6,698 bases of DNA. It comes from Candidatus Auribacterota bacterium (GTDB lineage: Bacteria; Auribacterota; UBA6266). This document shows positions 5,428 to 6,698 of this stretch, piece by piece. Under the pieces are notes generated by a model. It saw only the letters and a program-made list of their open reading frames with translations. It did not search any database and was not told the origin of the DNA. The position numbers were made by a program, and so were the translations under genes. The DNA lies in NCBI GenBank assembly GCA_023136205.1, contig JAGLRQ010000127.1:1-6698 (forward strand), given 5' to 3'. Position 1 is the first letter of the stretch. Each line of letters opens with the position of its first letter.

Positions 5428-6381
5428 TTAAAAAGGATATGTTTCAGGGTTTATAATCGCGTTTTTGATATACTTAGGAAGTTTGTCGAAAGGAGTGGAA
5501 GCAATTCTGAGCAGGATAGGAAGCACCTGCTTTGAATACCGCTTTACGCTGGAAACCGGTACTAACCCCGGGTAACCAAATATACTTATGTGCCTTATGC
5601 CATCAACTTCATAAAACGGTTTATCCAGTAACGTGGGATGGCAAGTTTCAACAGGATTAGGATAATCCACAGAAAGGTCCAGCATTACGGCACGTTTGTT
5701 AAAAAGGGGAAACATGTCTCTTGTAATTAGATACTCTCTTCTCTCCCTTTTCTCTTTTGGCCAAATAATGCCATTAACCACTATATCTTTATTTCTTACA
5801 AAATGTTTTATGTGCGGATATTCGCTCCTTCGCAAAATCTTAACCTTTGCACCCAAACTATATGCTATCTTTAATGCCCCGGAAGCAATGGCACCATATC
5901 CAAGCACCAGAACGCTGCAATCGGAAGGAATTTTATCAGCAAGCTGGAAAGCCATAATCATACCCTGTTCGCCCGCCATATCTGTACATTGAATAAGTCG
6001 CTCACCCGCTCTATTTCTAACAAGTTCCATAGCAATGGCTTTAACACTTCTCTTTTTCAGGGCCTTCACATATTGAGGATGCTGTTCCGCATGAAGCATG
6101 CAAAAGAGTAAATTATTCTTAAGGAGTTTAAATTCCTGTGGCAAAGGGGGTTTTAGTTTTACAACAATCGATTTATTGAAAATACTTTTGCGGTTGCTTA
6201 CTATTTTTGCTCCTGCTTTTTTATATTTATCGTCACTGATATATATCCTTTCCCCCAAGCCTTTCTCTACAAATACCTGATAACCTCCTTCAATCAGTTT
6301 GCCTACTTCTCCGGGAAGAAGTATAGCTCTTCTTTCCAAACCTTTTGCTGCAATTTCTTTAGCAATACCTATGCTTCCCAT
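5428..6381 (-). CDS. Alanine dehydrogenase/PNT-family NAD(P)-dependent dehydrogenase, short form resembling N5-(carboxyethyl)ornithine synthase
   Basis: ERRAILLPGEV, VVKLKPP and LFCMLHAEQ align with the conserved Arg, Lys and His blocks of the AlaDH family N-domain. Rossmann fingerprint VLVLGYGAIASGA. At 317 aa it is shorter than typical AlaDH (about 370 aa) and close to the lactococcal CEOS enzyme (about 313 aa). SD AAGGGA lies 5 nt before the ATG at 6381. Confidence 0.8.
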   Translation of the reverse strand: MGSIGIAKEIAAKGLERRAILLPGEVGKLIEGGYQVFVEKGLGERIYISDDKYKKAGAKIVSNRKSIFNKSIVVKLKPPLPQEFKLLKNNLLFCMLHAEQHPQYVKALKKRSVKAIAMELVRNRAGERLIQCTDMAGEQGMIMAFQLADKIPSDCSVLVLGYGAIASGALKIAYSLGAKVKILRRSEYPHIKHFVRNKDIVVNGIIWPKEKRERREYLITRDMFPLFNKRAVMLDLSVDYPNPVETCHPTLLDKPFYEVDGIRHISIFGYPGLVPVSSVKRYSKQVLPILLRIASTPFDKLPKYIKNAIINPETYPF

Positions 6382-6436
6382 TGGATTCCCTTAAAACTTT
6401 CATTTAGCTGGAATTTTCCCTTTGTATTAAGTATTT

Positions 6437-6465
6437 ATTTTGATAGATTGCATAAGATATGTCAA
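6437..6465 (-). promoter_or_regulatory. Putative sigma70 promoter for the dehydrogenase / ATP-grasp / MFS operon
   Basis: On the minus strand: perfect TTGACA (6465-6460), 17-nt spacer, CAAAAT (6442-6437), about 55 nt upstream of the ATG at 6381. Confidence 0.3.
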
Positions 6466-6512
6466 AAGGAAAGATTTTCTCCGTGCCTCTGTGGCTATTG
6501 TTTCTTTTTCCC

Positions 6513-6549
6513 AATTCTGAAAATCCTGTTAATCCTGTCAAATTCTTTT
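6513..6549. repeat. Tandem array of four units with 9-10 bp period, AAT(T/C)CTG (minus strand CAG(G/A)ATT)
   Basis: AATTCTG at 6513, AATCCTG at 6522, AATCCTG at 6531, and a degenerate AATTCTT at 6541. Spacings are 9, 9 and 10 bp. The array lies in the intergenic region, 50-85 bp upstream of the putative -35. Confidence 0.6.
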
Positions 6550-6571
6550 ATTTTTCACTCATGTTTTTTAG

Positions 6572-6698
6572 TCATAAAAATAACTTAATGAATTGATAAG
6601 GATTCAAGAATCTGAATCCCGCATTATCCGCAAGTTCCGCATCATCCTCCATGTCTCCAACATGGATATACTTATCCGCATTCATTTTTTTTAGCTTC
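6572..6698 (-). CDS. C-terminal fragment of a HAD-superfamily hydrolase; 5' end lies outside the window
   Basis: The minus-strand frame reads KLKKMNADKYIHVGDMEDDAELADNAGFRFLNPYQFIKLFL, with stop TGA at 6574-6572. VGDxxxDxxxAxNAG matches HAD motif IV and its usual context. Confidence 0.55.
   Translation of the reverse strand, partial: KLKKMNADKYIHVGDMEDDAELADNAGFRFLNPYQFIKLFL

Noticed and set aside
539-6280. Plus-strand ORFs from the track: 539..748, 1129..1500, 2527..2925, 4123..4326, 4197..4394, 4707..5174, 5696..5992, 6098..6280
   Set aside because: Each lies antisense within, or largely overlaps, a longer minus-strand ORF that has clear family motifs or a good RBS. Their products are Phe/Leu/Ser/Ile-rich, as expected from reading Lys/Glu-rich genes backwards. 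None has an SD. I treat them as shadow ORFs.
6459-6596. Plus-strand 45-aa ORF (MSKGKIFSVPLWLLFLFPNSENPVNPV...) in the intergenic region
   Set aside because: It has no SD and overlaps the 3' end of the HAD gene. Its NPVNPV segment is simply the translated 9-bp tandem repeat. The ORF spans both promoter-like elements of the divergent-looking region. It is most likely a chance ORF.
6601-6618. Inverted repeat GATTCA-AGAATC-TGAATC
   Set aside because: It lies inside the HAD-hydrolase coding frame (..AGFRFLNP..). It is short and shows no supporting context for a regulatory role.
1-6698. CRISPR arrays, tRNA/rRNA genes, transposases, integrases, terminal inverted repeats or known defence-system genes
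   Set aside because: I scanned both strands. There are no spaced repeat arrays, no cloverleaf-like GC-rich RNA segments, and no ORFs with recombinase, nuclease, ATPase or other defence hallmarks.

Overview
AT-rich, gene-dense bacterial-type segment. All long ORFs lie on the minus strand, so transcription runs right to left. The one exception is a short 3' gene end on the plus strand at the left edge.

Gene order in transcription direction:
1. HAD-type hydrolase, C-terminal fragment only.
2. A 190-bp intergenic region holding a sigma70-like promoter and a 9-bp tandem repeat array.
3. An alanine-dehydrogenase/PNT-family protein, short and similar in size to N5-(carboxyethyl)ornithine synthase (CEOS).
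4. A RimK-like ATP-grasp ligase, starting 2 bp after the previous stop.
5. An MFS transporter of the UMF1/Atg22-like type.
6. An uncharacterised 105-aa protein.
7. A secreted-domain protein with about 4 C-terminal TM helices.
8. A 99-aa Cys-containing protein that looks leaderless.
9. A HIT-family nucleotide hydrolase/phosphorylase.
10. A K/E/P-rich, low-complexity, C-terminally membrane-anchored protein.

A convergent zinc-ribbon gene end lies at 1-91 (+). I see no rRNA, tRNA, CRISPR array, transposase or integrase.

The most interesting candidate is the dehydrogenase / ATP-grasp / MFS trio (3071-6381). It looks like a small-molecule (opine-like or pseudopeptide) synthesis and export cassette of unassigned product. 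That reading is inference from family membership and gene order only. The other hypothetical genes cannot be assigned a function from sequence alone. All promoter calls are motif-level and low confidence.
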